49,504 bases of DNA from Octopus sinensis (GCF_006345805.1 NW_021834382.1:1-49504), one strand, 5' to 3'. Shown: positions 1 to 13,125, counted from the stretch's first letter. Notes: a model not told the origin generated them from the sequence alone. Numbers and translations: made by a program.

Positions 1-83
1 ACCTTAATAATAATAATAATAATAATAAATAATAATAATATAATAATAATAATAGTAATAATAATAATAGTAATAATAATAAT

Positions 84-566
84 CATAGTTTCAAAATTTG
101 CCACAAGAGCAGCAACTTTGGGGAACGGAATGAATCGATTACATTGCCCCCAGTGTTCAACTCGTACTTATTTTATCGACCCCGAAAGGATGAAAGTCAA
201 AGACGACCTCGGCGGAATTTGAACGGCGAACGTGAAGTCAGACGAAATACCGACAAGCATTTCGCCCAGCATGCTAACAATTCTGCCAGCCCACCGCCTT
301 AATATTTATAGTAATTTCTTATCCTTCATTCGCCCCGGGACGCTGATTAAAAGTAAATAATAATCCTTTCTATTATAGGCACAAGGTCTGAAAGTTGGTG
401 GGAGGGGATAAGTCGATTACATCTACCCCACTGGTACTTAATTTATATACTCCGAAGGACGAAAAGCAAAGTCGACCTCGGCGGAATTTGAACTTAAGCG
501 TAGCAGCAGACGAAATACCGCTAAGCATTTCGTCCGTCGTGCTAACGATTCTGCCAGCTCGCCGCC

Positions 567-568
<2 letters not shown>
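84..568 (-). mobile_element. Two tandem tRNA-derived SINE copies (family A: 84-300 and 365-568) embedded in (AAT)n
   Basis: Reverse complement begins AAGGCGGCGAGCTGGCAGAATCGTTAGCAC with a B-box-like GTTCAAATTCC. The body GTCGACTTTGCCTTTCATCCTTTCGGGGTCGATAAAATAAGTAC recurs more than 10 times in the window. AAT tracts lie at 1-83 and 568-652. Confidence 0.85.
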
Positions 569-653
<85 letters not shown>

Positions 654-962
654 TGGACCTGTGCGTTGGAGGAAATCAACAAGTATGGAAGAATGATTTA
701 CACTTCAAATATTCAGTGGATATTTACATTTGTAACTGAACTTTTGGAGAATTTTAACATCATAAAGAGTCAAATACTGAAAAGGAAAGAAAAAATAATG
801 ATGATGATGAGGATGATGATGATGATGAGGATGATAAATTTATTTGGTCGAGAAACAAGTTAATTTAGTGATATAGTACGCATGTGCATGGTAAATATGC
901 TTACAATTATCATGGTAAATTTGATTGTTGCATAGCATGATTTAAATTAATATTTCTTTTAG

Positions 963-1008
963 GATAACATCACCTTCAAATGAACACGCATCGAAAGTTA
1001 CCCTACTC
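963..1008 (+). other. Candidate 46-nt internal exon of an unidentified host gene (ITSPSNEHASKVTLL)
   Basis: Acceptor tatttctttt-AG at 961-962 and donor GTAAGT at 1009. Only one frame is open. No recognisable homology. Confidence 0.3.
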
Positions 1009-1719
1009 GTAAGTAAGCACATCGGAGTCGATGGAATGAATTCGAACTCCTTATGCTTATATGAATCTGAAGAACCGGGAGATAATTGACCTACGGTTCT
1101 TACCTGAATATTTCGTCTATTTTCTACATGATATTTTAATCAGCAAATTTATATTTTCAAGTAGTTTAGACTAAAATCTTTACATAATCCACATTAGATG
1201 ATGCAAACGACTCCCAATTTTTACTCGCGCCGATAAAATGCCTATTAAATGCACATGTATAAATAAATACACACATACACACACACATCACAATATGCCC
1301 CCGTCTTTGTATGTCAGTAAATATGTGTATACATATATATATATATATAAATGTGTGCTTTAATATATATATATACATATATAAATATATAAATTTATAA
1401 ATATAGATATAGATATATACATACATTTATACTAGTATATATATGTATATATATATATGTGTGTGTGTGTGTATGTGTGTGTGTGTGTGTGTGTGTATAC
1501 GTGTGTGTGTGTATTCAGGTGTACATACGTAAATGTATATACAAACATGCATATATATATATATATATATTGAAGTAGATAAATGAATTATCTTATTAGT
1601 ATTATTCAAATGATAACTGATACCTGGGTAGCAAAAAATCACAACAGAAAAAGCACGGTTGAGGTTACGACCATGGGTCTAAAATCCGTGCCTTCGTTCA
1701 GCTCCATTTCTTCCTACAC

Positions 1720-1760
<41 letters not shown>

Positions 1761-1896
1761 TATATGTTGTGTATGTATTATGTATATATATATATTATGT
1801 ATGTATATATATATATGTATGTATATATATATACATATATATATATATTATATATATGTTATGTATGTATGTATGTATGTAATATGTATGCATATG

Positions 1897-1947
<51 letters not shown>

Positions 1948-2120
1948 CTAAGGGCCGGGATCAGTCGATCCTTTTCAGGTATATTTCGTAACCCCACTCT
2001 CTGTTTGTTTCCCCCGCTCTCCATCACTCAGTCCCTATTTGATACCTACACCAGGGTATCTACTCCACTACCCTACCATTCATACTGCCAGCCCACAACA
2101 CGACCCCGAGTTGTTATAGA

Positions 2121-2375
2121 TATGTGGTTCCGGGTTCAGTGCTATTGCATGGCAACATCCGCATAAAGCGAGGCTGGATTTGGTAGACGGAAACTGAAAG
2201 AATCCCATTGTATATGCGTGTGCGTGTGTCTGTATATTTGTGTGCGCCCGTGACTGTATGTGTTGTTTCCTCCCACCACCACCAGTACTTGACAACTAGT
2301 GTTGGTTTGTTTACGTCCCCGTAACTTAGTTGTTCAGAAAAAGTAAGTTGGTGGATAGAGGAGTTGGTTAAGAAA
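2121..2375 (+). mobile_element. Degenerate tRNA-derived SINE, family B
   Basis: Carries tggttccgggttcagt, ggatttggtagacggaaactgaaagaa and tacgtccccgtaacttag, shared with the better copies at 27180-27492 and 34594-34970. Confidence 0.75.
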
Positions 2376-2478
2376 AACAATGACGGGTGTGTATGTGTGT
2401 GCGCGCGCGTACCTAACATATAGGGGGATCTGACAGTATCGTTTAAATGTCAGAAAAAAATAATTTGCAGCATATGTT

Positions 2479-2542
2479 TTGTCTCCTTATGCTCCGAGTT
2501 CGAACCCAATTTTAGGTTCGAACTCGGAACGTAAGCAGGCAA
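2479..2542. other. About 28-bp hairpin built from an inverted SINE B-box segment
   Basis: CTTATGCTCCGAGTTCGAACC (2486-2506) pairs with GGTTCGAACTCGGAACGTAAG (2515-2535) around an 8-nt loop, with a perfect 13-bp core. Pairing extends to 2479/2542. Confidence 0.8.
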
Positions 2543-2633
2543 TTTTATTTTCCATTGGAATAGTGGTGTCCATCAACCCTGTCTCACTTTAAAATTGAGA
2601 ATACATACATACATGCATAGTATATATATATAT

Positions 2634-2679
<46 letters not shown>

Positions 2680-2696
2680 GGTAACAAAGACATGTG

Positions 2697-2990
2697 TCCT
2701 AGTGGCTAGGTCGTGAGTTCGATTCCCATGACGGAGCGTCGTGTCCTTGTACAAGACACATTTTGTATTTCTCGTTGTTCTAGTCTATTCAACTGGCAAA
2801 AATGAGTTGTACCCGTAATTCAAAGGGCCGGTTTTACTCCACTTTGTTTAGTTCTGAATCTCCGAGAACAACGTTAAAAGATAGGAGAGAGTGTGTAGAG
2901 TGTTTACTTGCTCGTTAGATTTACGAGCAAGTTGTGTCGTTGACCGAATCAACTGAGACAATCAACCTCGTAACCAACCGATGGCGAACC
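2697..2990 (+). mobile_element. tRNA-derived SINE, family C
   Basis: Carries gtcgtgagttcgattccc (B box), gtgtccttgtacaagacac and ctggcaaaaatgagttgtacc, plus a tail similar to the reverse-strand copy at 40573-40872. Confidence 0.7.
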
Positions 2991-2992
2991 AG

Positions 2993-3044
<52 letters not shown>

Positions 3045-4354
3045 TGTATCTCTCTTTCTAACCCTCCCCCTCTCTCTATCTCTGTCTCTTTGTCTTACTG
3101 TTTCTCTCTCTCACACTCTCTCTATCTATATATATATATAATATAATATATATATATTATATATGCATATATATATATATTATATACATATATATATACG
3201 TATATATATATATATATATCACATATATATATAGTGTATATATATACATATACATATACATATATACACATATACATACACATATGTATATAAATATATA
3301 CATATACACACACACGTGCAAAGATGTATGTGTGTACCAAGAGAAAGAAAAGGAATGATAATGAAGATATTTGTCTGTGTCCTAGAATAGTAAAACATCA
3401 ATATCATGTCTCGAACCATCAAAACTGATAAATCTTGTGGCTCCTGTTTTACTATAGAACTTTATAATGAACAATTGTAATCCTTTTGGTTCCATTTGCG
3501 AAAAAATAACGAATTCATTTTTATTTTCAGGAGAGATTTATACTGAAATCCCAATGCTATTTTCATCAAAAGTTTTCTTTAAATGCCTAGACAAAAAGTG
3601 CATATTTATTATATTCAAAGAATTTGTCTTATCCTTGTATCAGTGTTGATTTCGTATTTCCTTTCTTTGGCATATATCTTTCTTAACAGAGATTCCCTAT
3701 ATATGTGTATGCGTATGTATTCATGTGTATGTGTGAAAGAGTAGTATGATGTGTGTATGCGAGCGTATGTTTTTGTGTGTGAATTTATGTCTGAATATTT
3801 ACAATACATATATACATGGTGAGCGTATAATTCGCGGAAGCACGATTTACGCTACCAACTCATGCTCGATTCCGAGCGACGATTCTGGCTTATAGTCCTT
3901 ATATATATTTATTTTGCGCGCGCGGAAATACACACATAATAAATGTATACGCACACACACACACACACACACCACACACACACACACACACTCGTATATA
4001 AAACTTGCGATATGTCTGCGTCTATGACTGTGGATATATAAAATAAAGATACATTTATGTGTACATGTGCGTGCGCGTGCAAAATAAACGTATATTTGTG
4101 TCACGCTGGATCTCCGAAAACTACGCTATATATATATGCACACATATATTCTCATACACGCACACACAACATCTATATATATATATATTTATATATTAAT
4201 TCACCCGAAGAAAACGGTCTTTATACGTGATATAATTATTTAATCATCAAAGAAAGAACATGTCTGAAACAGCTGTAGTGAACCTCAACCTATCTATCTA
4301 TCTATATATCTCTCTCTCTATATATATAATATATCATCTATTATATATCATATT

Positions 4355-4421
<67 letters not shown>

Positions 4422-5084
4422 ATATATATACGTCGTTGTATGTATGTATTGCATGCATATATGTATGCATGTATGTATGTATTATGCATGTATGTATCTC
4501 ACCTGACCTATGGTGTTAATTGTCTTACGAAAGTTATGAATGGCATAGCTATTCTCTGCGATATTTGATGGCCTCGAATAGCGTCACACAAACTCATTAT
4601 AATGCCGGAGCCCTGTTGAAAATAGCAGACATGTAAGTTATTCCATCTTTTATCCCTTTACTTTCGAATACTGTGTTTATATACTTAAAGCGGTGTACAC
4701 GTGTTCACGAGCATGCGTGCGCACGCTTGCGTGTCTGTCTACTCAACCCTTCCTGTAAACATTTACATGCATAGTCCGCAAGGTAAGAAACAATTTACTA
4801 AGATTTGAAGGGAAGTAACTTCATACACAGTACTTTGAGTTACCTTTTCAATGACTGCAATGAATAAAATAGAGACTGAAATTGTTAATTCCTTCCGAGT
4901 AATTAAAAGTTTCATGTTTCCAACAATTTCTTTCTTTTCATCACTCAGCCAAGAATTTTTACACCCAGGATGTGCCTATCACTAGCACGGGTTCCCCGTA
5001 TTGTAGGCGTGTGTACTACGTATGTTGTGTACTACGTAAGTATGTATGTATGCATCTATGTATGTATATAAATATATTATAGTA

Positions 5085-5164
<80 letters not shown>

Positions 5165-5271
5165 TGTGTGTGTAAATGTAAAAAAATATAAACTGGGACA
5201 AGAACGTAAAACATTTAGGAGACGATACTAAAAACACGGACGGGACATTCGAAGCCTTCAATCATATATAT

Positions 5272-5315
<44 letters not shown>

Positions 5316-5459
5316 ATATATTATATATATTATATATATATATATATATATAACCATATCCATATATAACGTTGCATGCGTGTGTATGTGTGCGGTGTGT
5401 GTACCTGTCTATTTGGCTCTGCGTGTGTGTGTGTCTGTCTTTTTGTCTCTCTGTCTGTT

Positions 5460-5781
5460 AGTTTGTTTGTCTGCCTGTCTGTATGTATGTATGTGATGGT
5501 GTGTGTGTGTATGTATAATGTAGTATGTGTGTGTATGTATGTGTTGTGTATGTATGTATGTATGTATGTCAGTGTGTGTGTATGTATGTATGTATGTATG
5601 TATGTTATGTATGTGGTGTATGTATGTATGTATGTTGTATGTATGTATGTATGTATGTATGTGTGTGTGGGTATGTATGTATGTATGTATGTGGTGTATG
5701 TATGTATGTATGTATGTATGTATGTATGTATGTATGTGTGTATGTATGTATGTATGTTGTATGTATGTATGTATGTATGTA

Positions 5782-5812
<31 letters not shown>

Positions 5813-6050
5813 ATGTGTGTGTGTATGTATGTATGTATGTGTGTGTGTATGTATGTGTGTGTGTATGTATGTATGTATGTATGTATGTGTGCCCGCGCGA
5901 GTGAGTGTGTGTAGCAGAGTCGAGGCGATTGATATTGTCCTTCATGCAATGCATTATTATTATTATTATTATTAGCAGTAGTAGTAGTAGTAGTACTATT
6001 CTTTTATTATTATTATTATTATTACTATTCTTTTATTATTATTATTATTA

Positions 6051-6081
<31 letters not shown>

Positions 6082-6096
6082 CACTATTATTAATAC

Positions 6097-6140
<44 letters not shown>

Positions 6141-6143
6141 TAT

Positions 6144-6175
<32 letters not shown>

Positions 6176-6178
6176 TTC

Positions 6179-6241
<63 letters not shown>

Positions 6242-6260
6242 CATTATTATTATTATTATT
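5460..6260. repeat. Compound microsatellite (TATG/TG)n followed by (TAT/TAG)n
   Basis: Directly visible. It accounts for the VCMY, HTYI and poly-Y ORFs. Confidence 0.95.
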
Positions 6261-6399
6261 CAACCCTTGCCAACTCTCATGATCTTACAATCACGAGGCT
6301 TAACTGCAGTTGATGGAACACTTGAAAAGGGGATTAAGGGATATTCTAAACAGAAATGTGCACAACTGAAATCACAGACACTGGCTGATAATACAACAT

Positions 6400-6443
<44 letters not shown>

Positions 6444-6488
6444 TTACTACTACTACTGTTACTACTACTACTACTAGTAGTAGTAGTA

Positions 6489-8650
6489 TAGGCACAAGTC
6501 CAGTAGTATTGAAGTGGCCTGTTTACGACATAGAACCCCAGCACTTGACTCAATTTGATTGACCTCGAATATGTGAAAGCAAAGTTGCCTCGACGGGATT
6601 TGAACTTGGAACGTAAAGAACCAGAAAAAATACCACGGAGTATTTTTGTTTCGATGGCCTCACAATTCTGCTATAATGCAGAAAAATTATTTCTGATTTT
6701 GGTACATAGTCCAACAATTTTGAAATGGGGAGTGGGGGGAGCAAGTCGATTTCATCAACCCCGGTGCTTAACTGGTACTTGTTTTGGGGAAATTCTGCTT
6801 TTCAGACGGCATATAACCCCCTCATAATGTTTTGTTTTTTTTTGGAATTTTCAGAAAACTTTTGTGAGTTTGTGTTCACAAATTTATATGATTAAACAAA
6901 AAAAAAATATTATTTTTCGAAATTTTCCTTTTTGATCACTGTTTAAAATACGGACAGGCCGAATTTTGGGCTTAAATCCCAGCATAGACCATCAAATATG
7001 TTTATGGAGTGAAAGATATTGAAGAAACTCAATACGTCAGAGTGAGAAACAAGCAAGGACGGTATGAGGTTGTCATGAGATGTGCTAAATATAACAGCTA
7101 AATACCCCTTAAATCTCACACAATTCTTTTTGTTACTTTTTACATAGTCGTATGCTTTCCCGTGTGTAGCAAGAAATTTCTCAAAATTTCAAAAAATAAA
7201 TTTAAAAGTTATGAGGGTTTAATGCCGTGCGTTAAGCAGAATTCCGCCCTTATTTGATCGATCCTGAAATGATGAAACGTTCTGCCAGTTCGTTACCTTA
7301 ACAAGAATAATTTAAAATTTTGGCGCAAGGCCTACAATTTCAGGGAAGGGTAAGTCTGTTATATCGACCTCAGTACTCAACTAGTACTTATTTTATCGAC
7401 CCCAGAAGGACGAAAGGCAAAGTCGACCACTGCAGAATTTGAACCCAGAACATGGAGACGGACGAAATACCGCTGAGTATTTCGCGCGGTGGGCTAACGA
7501 TTCTGCCAGCTCGCTGCCTCGTTACCCCAATAATAATAATTATTATTGTTGTTTCTACTATAGGCACAAGACTTGAAAATTGGCGGTTGTAGGGTATAAT
7601 CCATCACTTCAATACTAACGTTTGACTTGCGCTTATTTGATCGACTCCGAAAGGTTGAAAGACAAAGTCGACCTCGGCGGAATTTTAACTCAGTACCTAA
7701 ATATGGAAGAAATGACGATACGTATTTTTGTCCGGTGTGCTAGCAATTCTGCCTTTATAACAACAACAATAATGATAATAATCCTTTCTACTCCTTTCAG
7801 CTAGCTCACTGCTTTAACAACAACAACAACAACAATAATAATAATAATAATAATCCTTTCTATTATAGACACAAGGCCTTACATTTTTGTAGAGGAGACT
7901 AGTCGATTTCATCGACCCCAGTGTTTCACTGGTTCATAATTTCTCGACCCCGAAAGGATGAAAGGCATAGTCAACCTCGGCATTATTTGAACTCTGAAAC
8001 TAGGGACGGACGAAATACCGTTAAGCATCTCGTCCACCTTGCTAACGATTCTGCCAGCTCGCTGCCTTGAATAATAATAGTAATAATAATGATTTTAAAT
8101 GTTTGCCAAAGAGCCAGCAGTTATTGAGAGAAGGGGTAAGTCGATTACATCGGCCCTAGTACCTGACAGATACAAATTTTATCAACCTCAAAAGGATGAA
8201 AAGCAAGCTCGCCCTCGGCAAGATTATAGAGGGTTGAAATCCGCTAGGCACTTCTTCCGGTGTGATAATTGTTCTGCCAGCTCGCTGCCTTAATAACAAC
8301 AGCAACAACAACAATAATAACAATATTTTTTAATACAGGCACAAGGCCTTAAAGTGGGTAAGTCGATTACATCGACACCCGTACCTCGATCTGAATACAA
8401 TGAAAGGCAAAATCGATCTCGACGGAATTAGAACGCATATGGGTACGAAATACTGCTAAGCCAGTAATTTCGGGAGTGGGGAGCCGATTATATCGACCCC
8501 AGTGATCAACTAGTACTTATTTTATGAACCTCGAAAGGATGAAAGGCAAACACAACATCTACAGTATTTGAACTCAGCTCATGAAGACGGACGAAGTGTC
8601 GCTGAGCCTTTTGCCCGGCGCAGTAACCATTCTGCCAGCTCGCCGCCCTT
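6489..8650 (-). mobile_element. Head-to-tail cluster of about 8 family A SINE copies separated by AAT/AAC tracts
   Basis: Copies at about 6489-6672, 6700-7300 (split by a MITE), 7308-7520, 7553-7757, 7855-8068, 8090-8291, 8330-8460 (partial) and 8465-8650. Most end on + in ttctgccagctcgc(c/t)gcctt and all share the same orientation. Confidence 0.85.
6786..7248. mobile_element. Non-autonomous DNA transposon (MITE) with about 70-bp TIRs and a probable 8-bp TSD, inserted in a SINE
   Basis: Left end GGGGAAATTCTGCTTTTCAGACGGCATATAACCCCCTCATAA matches the reverse complement of the right end, GGCGGAATTCTGCTTAACGCACGGCATTAAACCCTCATAA. Flanks are CTTGTTTT (6778-6785) and CTTATTTG (7249-7256). The SINE consensus resumes on both sides. 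Confidence 0.75.
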
Positions 8651-8749
8651 ATAACAACAGCAGAAACGACACCAACAATTATCGCCGCCGCCGCTACTAC
8701 CACCACCACAACAACAACGACAATAATAATGATAATAATAATGATGACG

Positions 8750-8750
<1 letters not shown>

Positions 8751-8824
<74 letters not shown>

Positions 8825-8847
8825 TAATAATAATAATAATAATAATA

Positions 8848-8879
<32 letters not shown>

Positions 8880-8902
8880 CATCATCATCATCATCATCAT
8901 CA

Positions 8903-8951
<49 letters not shown>

Positions 8952-8985
8952 CATTATTATTATTATCGTTATTATTGTTATTATA
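8751..8985. repeat. Inverted microsatellite: (AAT)n switching to (ATT/ATC)n
   Basis: Strand switch at 8848/8849 (aataataa|ttattatt). Confidence 0.95.
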
Positions 8986-9113
8986 AATGAATAAATAAAA
9001 AATGTACGTTTAAAAATTTTAGACAAGTTTGCTACTTTAGAAGAAGTATCTATTGTGTATCTATTGTTTAATAGATACACTAATATAAACAGTTCGATAT
9101 ATCGATATATACA

Positions 9114-9114
<1 letters not shown>

Positions 9115-9205
<91 letters not shown>

Positions 9206-9300
9206 AGAGAGAGAGAGAGAGACATACATACATACATACATACATTCATACATACATACATACATACATGCATGCATGTATGCATACATACATGCAGGCA
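9115..9300. repeat. (GATA)n, (GA)n and (CATA)n compound microsatellite
   Basis: Directly visible. Confidence 0.95.
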
Positions 9301-12300
9301 TGCATGAATACAATAGATACATACATGCAATATAGACATGAATAACCGCCCACTCTCAAAGATAAACATTATTGTCAATAGCTCTGCCTGTTTCACTACT
9401 TATAAAGAAATCAACTCTGATGCCATATTGTTAATGAATTATTTCTTTCTCATAGTTTCTCCATTCTTGTAAGTGCGCTAAGATGTAGTAGCAGCAGTGT
9501 TCGTGGCAGCTGCAGGTGTGTATGTCGCGTATCAATGTGTATGAGTTTATTTATATGTGAGTGGAAATCTATAAACTACAGAAAAACACATAACTGTATC
9601 TGAGTGCCTGCCTTGAATTCCACCATACACAATGCTAGTAGTTTAGAATATTTTGCAAATATTAACTGCTTTCTTATTTCATAAACATTCCTTTACATTC
9701 AATGCCATTCGTTTGTCTAGTTCTCCGACATTCTTCTGCTACTTTACTCCATTGTGCCATATTTGCCTGTAACTGCTATAATTGGATATGTAGGTGTCGT
9801 GTGATGATGTAGTTTGTGAATGTGATCTTGCTTGCTTTAATATAGCCTCCTTGCTGCATCATTTAGATGCTTTTACAAGTTAACAAGCATATTAAGAACA
9901 AAATGACAGCAAAATTAAGACATTTGGAAATGTTTGATTTGAGAAAGAGTTTCTTTTTCATGTATATTTTTTCTTCTCACGTAAATAATTTTCTCATGTT
10001 TTTCTTTTTAAACCTTTCTTGAAATTTAACGATGCTTCCGAATTTCTCGTGTGTATAATGCTTATTCTTCGTTTAAGGAATGTTGAGATATGTCTAGTGT
10101 ATTACAGGTATTTATTCTATCAAACGATGAGTGACAATTAATGTTACCACAAACTGGTTTTGAACATAGAAGTGTATGAAACCGAAGTATATTAAAATAA
10201 AGTGAGGCTTATTCATTTGTTTATAAAGTAGCTTGACGGCTATAGAAATAATCCATTTGACTGAATAAGTAGTGTATGTAAAGCACAAATCGGAAAGGAT
10301 TAAATGTAAACTAGTGACCCTAACGCTTTATTTTCAATTGTTATGGCTGTATTGTCCCCATTTATTAGTAGAGAGAATTTACATTAGTGTATTATGTTAA
10401 GACTTCGGTTAAGAAATTTAAACATTTACACGATTTTTTTTATTGCTCCGATTCTTTTTCTTGCACATTGTTTGTTTATGTCTAGTTTTTCAATCTTGTA
10501 TCAGATTTATTTTATACCATTTAAATTTTTATAGAATTATGTTACATTAGATTCATTATTACTTCATTTTATTCTTAATAGCACATCATAGAAGATATAT
10601 AAAGCTAAAAATTATATTGTTGATTTATAATGTAGGTGATTCCATGAACATGGGAATTAAGAGTATTTTATGGCGGTTGGATGACACAATCTTTGAACAC
10701 TAATTACATTTTCTCTGTTTTCTCGGTTCAAATTCCATCTAGATCCGCCCTGCTTTGTCAACGTCGATAATCTAAGTAGTGCGCTAGATGTAATCAACTG
10801 AAACCTAGAAGGCGGTGCTTTAGCAAGTCATAGTCGAATGGTTAAAACAAATAAACGATTTTAAAATCAGCAGTAAAACTCTATTTCCATAAACATAGTA
10901 CTTTTCCATAACTAAACCAATGAAATGATGAATAATGTTCTTTATTTAGTCTCAAGTAAAGAAAAGTAATTTCTCTATTCATTCAGTTTCTGCTACTATA
11001 AATTTTGATATTATAGCTATGACAATGGCTGTGACATGTGTACTATGAGAAACAATACTCAGAATATAACGAATAATGAACTTCAACAAAATTATTAATT
11101 CGTTAAAACCACAACACATTTATGTATTCTAAGCTCACTTTAGTTTTCAAGTAATTTCTTTTTCAGATAGCAATTAATCAATTATCTATTCTCACACGGT
11201 CTTCTTTACATTGTATATCCAATATATGCTTCGTGGTTGACACAGAAAGAAACATTTTACATACTTTGTTAGGCTTAGATCAACATCTTAAATGTCAGCG
11301 ACCATCGTAGATGACTGAACTTTCCATCCCTGCAGGATCAAAGTAAGAAAAACAGTAAAGAGAAAAAAAAACATGAAGCTGGGGCGACAGAATCAATAGA
11401 ATACTCGATAACCTGAATGATTAATATTAAAAATCACCACGATTTTAATATATTTGCCAAACTTTATTATTTGTCATATATCAATTTAAGATAGTTAACA
11501 ATCCAAAAATGGACCACCTAACGGTATGAAATAATAATAACATAGCTGAATTGATTAGTGTATCGTTAGCGTATCTTGTGCTACGTTGAATTCTTTCTGT
11601 CGTATACAGAGTCCACAATTCCAGAGCAGGACTAAAGAGGAAACAACAGATATAAACTGGAAACATTCTGATCGAATATATTTATGATTCTTCTAATATT
11701 TGTCACTAGGTTAATATTAACCTACAAAGTCTTCAACATTAAAGATTTATATATATATGTTATCTTAACTGAAATAGGTGTACCAGTAAGTGTTATTGTA
11801 TGAGTGTTTATGATGTCTATGCGCAAGTGTTTTGCTGATAGAATTGATTTTTGTAGCATATAGTTTGACTGAATGTTTTCAACATGAAAACGACCTTCGA
11901 AGATCAGATGTAGTTTGTCACAATCTCAGGATTCCACAACTCAGAAGATAAAACTAAAAATCTGCTCAGTCATTTATATATTTCATTAAATGATTTGATC
12001 ATTCGTATCGATTGAGTTATTCAATTCTACTACAAAACATGCATGCGAACAAGCACGCAACTATTTATCTGTACGTGTGCACGCGCGTGTATTAGCTTCT
12101 ATTATCGGGATTATTTCTGGTAGTATGCATTTTCTTCTGTAACGAAAATAATAAAAAGTCACACGAACTGCTTTAAGAGATTGACTGTTTTTTTTCCTAT
12201 GCTGTTTGTGATCTTGAGCAGCTAGCCGGCATTTATTCATTTTAGCATGAGTTTCTAAATGTAGTATTTCATACTGAATGTATATTTTATGTATCTCCTA

Positions 12301-12902
12301 CTCTATGCAACGAGTCCTACGGATTTTTTCGTTTTGTTTTTACTTGTGTTCATGTAATTTTAGTTCTATTTATTGCCATCACTTAAACTATATTGATAAA
12401 GAAATATATTTTCAGCATTTGGTTACCATTGTTTCTTTGCTATATCCCGTATATAGCTTCAATTTGAATTTGATCTCATAACTATAACGTCAACTGCCTC
12501 TTAATATATATATTTTTTTACTTGAAGTTACCTAGTTTTTTTTAGTTTATTCTTTTTGTGGCATAATATCCATTATGGATTTATAATCAAGTTTTGATTC
12601 TTGCACATCGTTGGTATTAGATCTAGAACATGTAAATACTTGTAATTAAACTAATCAGCACCATTTATATTAGATTTTTGTCTTTGCTAACAAAATAATG
12701 AGATACCAAGTTCATGTGTCTAGAAAGTGCTAGACATTTCAAGATAATTATGAAAAAAAATATTTATCAGCATTCTCCATTTGCAATAAAAATTTCTCAA
12801 CCAAAATGAGAGATAACAGTGTGTTTCAATCTCTGCAAATATTCAATTCGAGAAAATAGCAGATGTTATTCAAACTAGCGAGACATCGAAATAGACCTCA
12901 AA

Positions 12903-13125
12903 ATATCCTTTCTACTACAGTTACAAAGCCTGAAATTTTGAAGGAGGGGGGGGGGGCTAGGTGACTGCATTGACTCCGATGCTCAACTGGAACTTTATTT
13001 TATCGACTCTGAATGGATGAAAAGCAAAGTCAACTTCGGCAGGATTTGAGCTGAGAAGGTAGACTCGGAAGGAATGACTCCAAACATTATGTCTAGCGTG
13101 CTAACGTTTGTCAGCTCGCCACCTT
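12903..13125 (-). mobile_element. Diverged family A SINE
   Basis: Runs from atcctttctactac through ttttatcgactctgaatggatgaaaagcaaagtcaacttcggc to cagctcgccacctt. Confidence 0.8.

Noticed and set aside
4503-4612. Minus-strand exon with strong acceptor and donor
   Set aside because: All three frames contain stops, and it overlaps an equally weak + strand candidate.
5376-5975. Long ORFs of 100-240 aa such as VCMY, HTYI, IYLS and poly-I/N/Y, here and at 8581-9396, 34983-35702 and 42473-44277
   Set aside because: They are translations of TATG, CATA, GATA and AAT microsatellites, which lack stops in some frames. No domain content.
6489-8650. CRISPR-like repeat-spacer periodicity, or tRNA genes from A/B boxes
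   Set aside because: The units are about 200-bp diverged SINEs in eukaryotic DNA. Their heads are tRNA-derived, but I could not fold complete cloverleaves.
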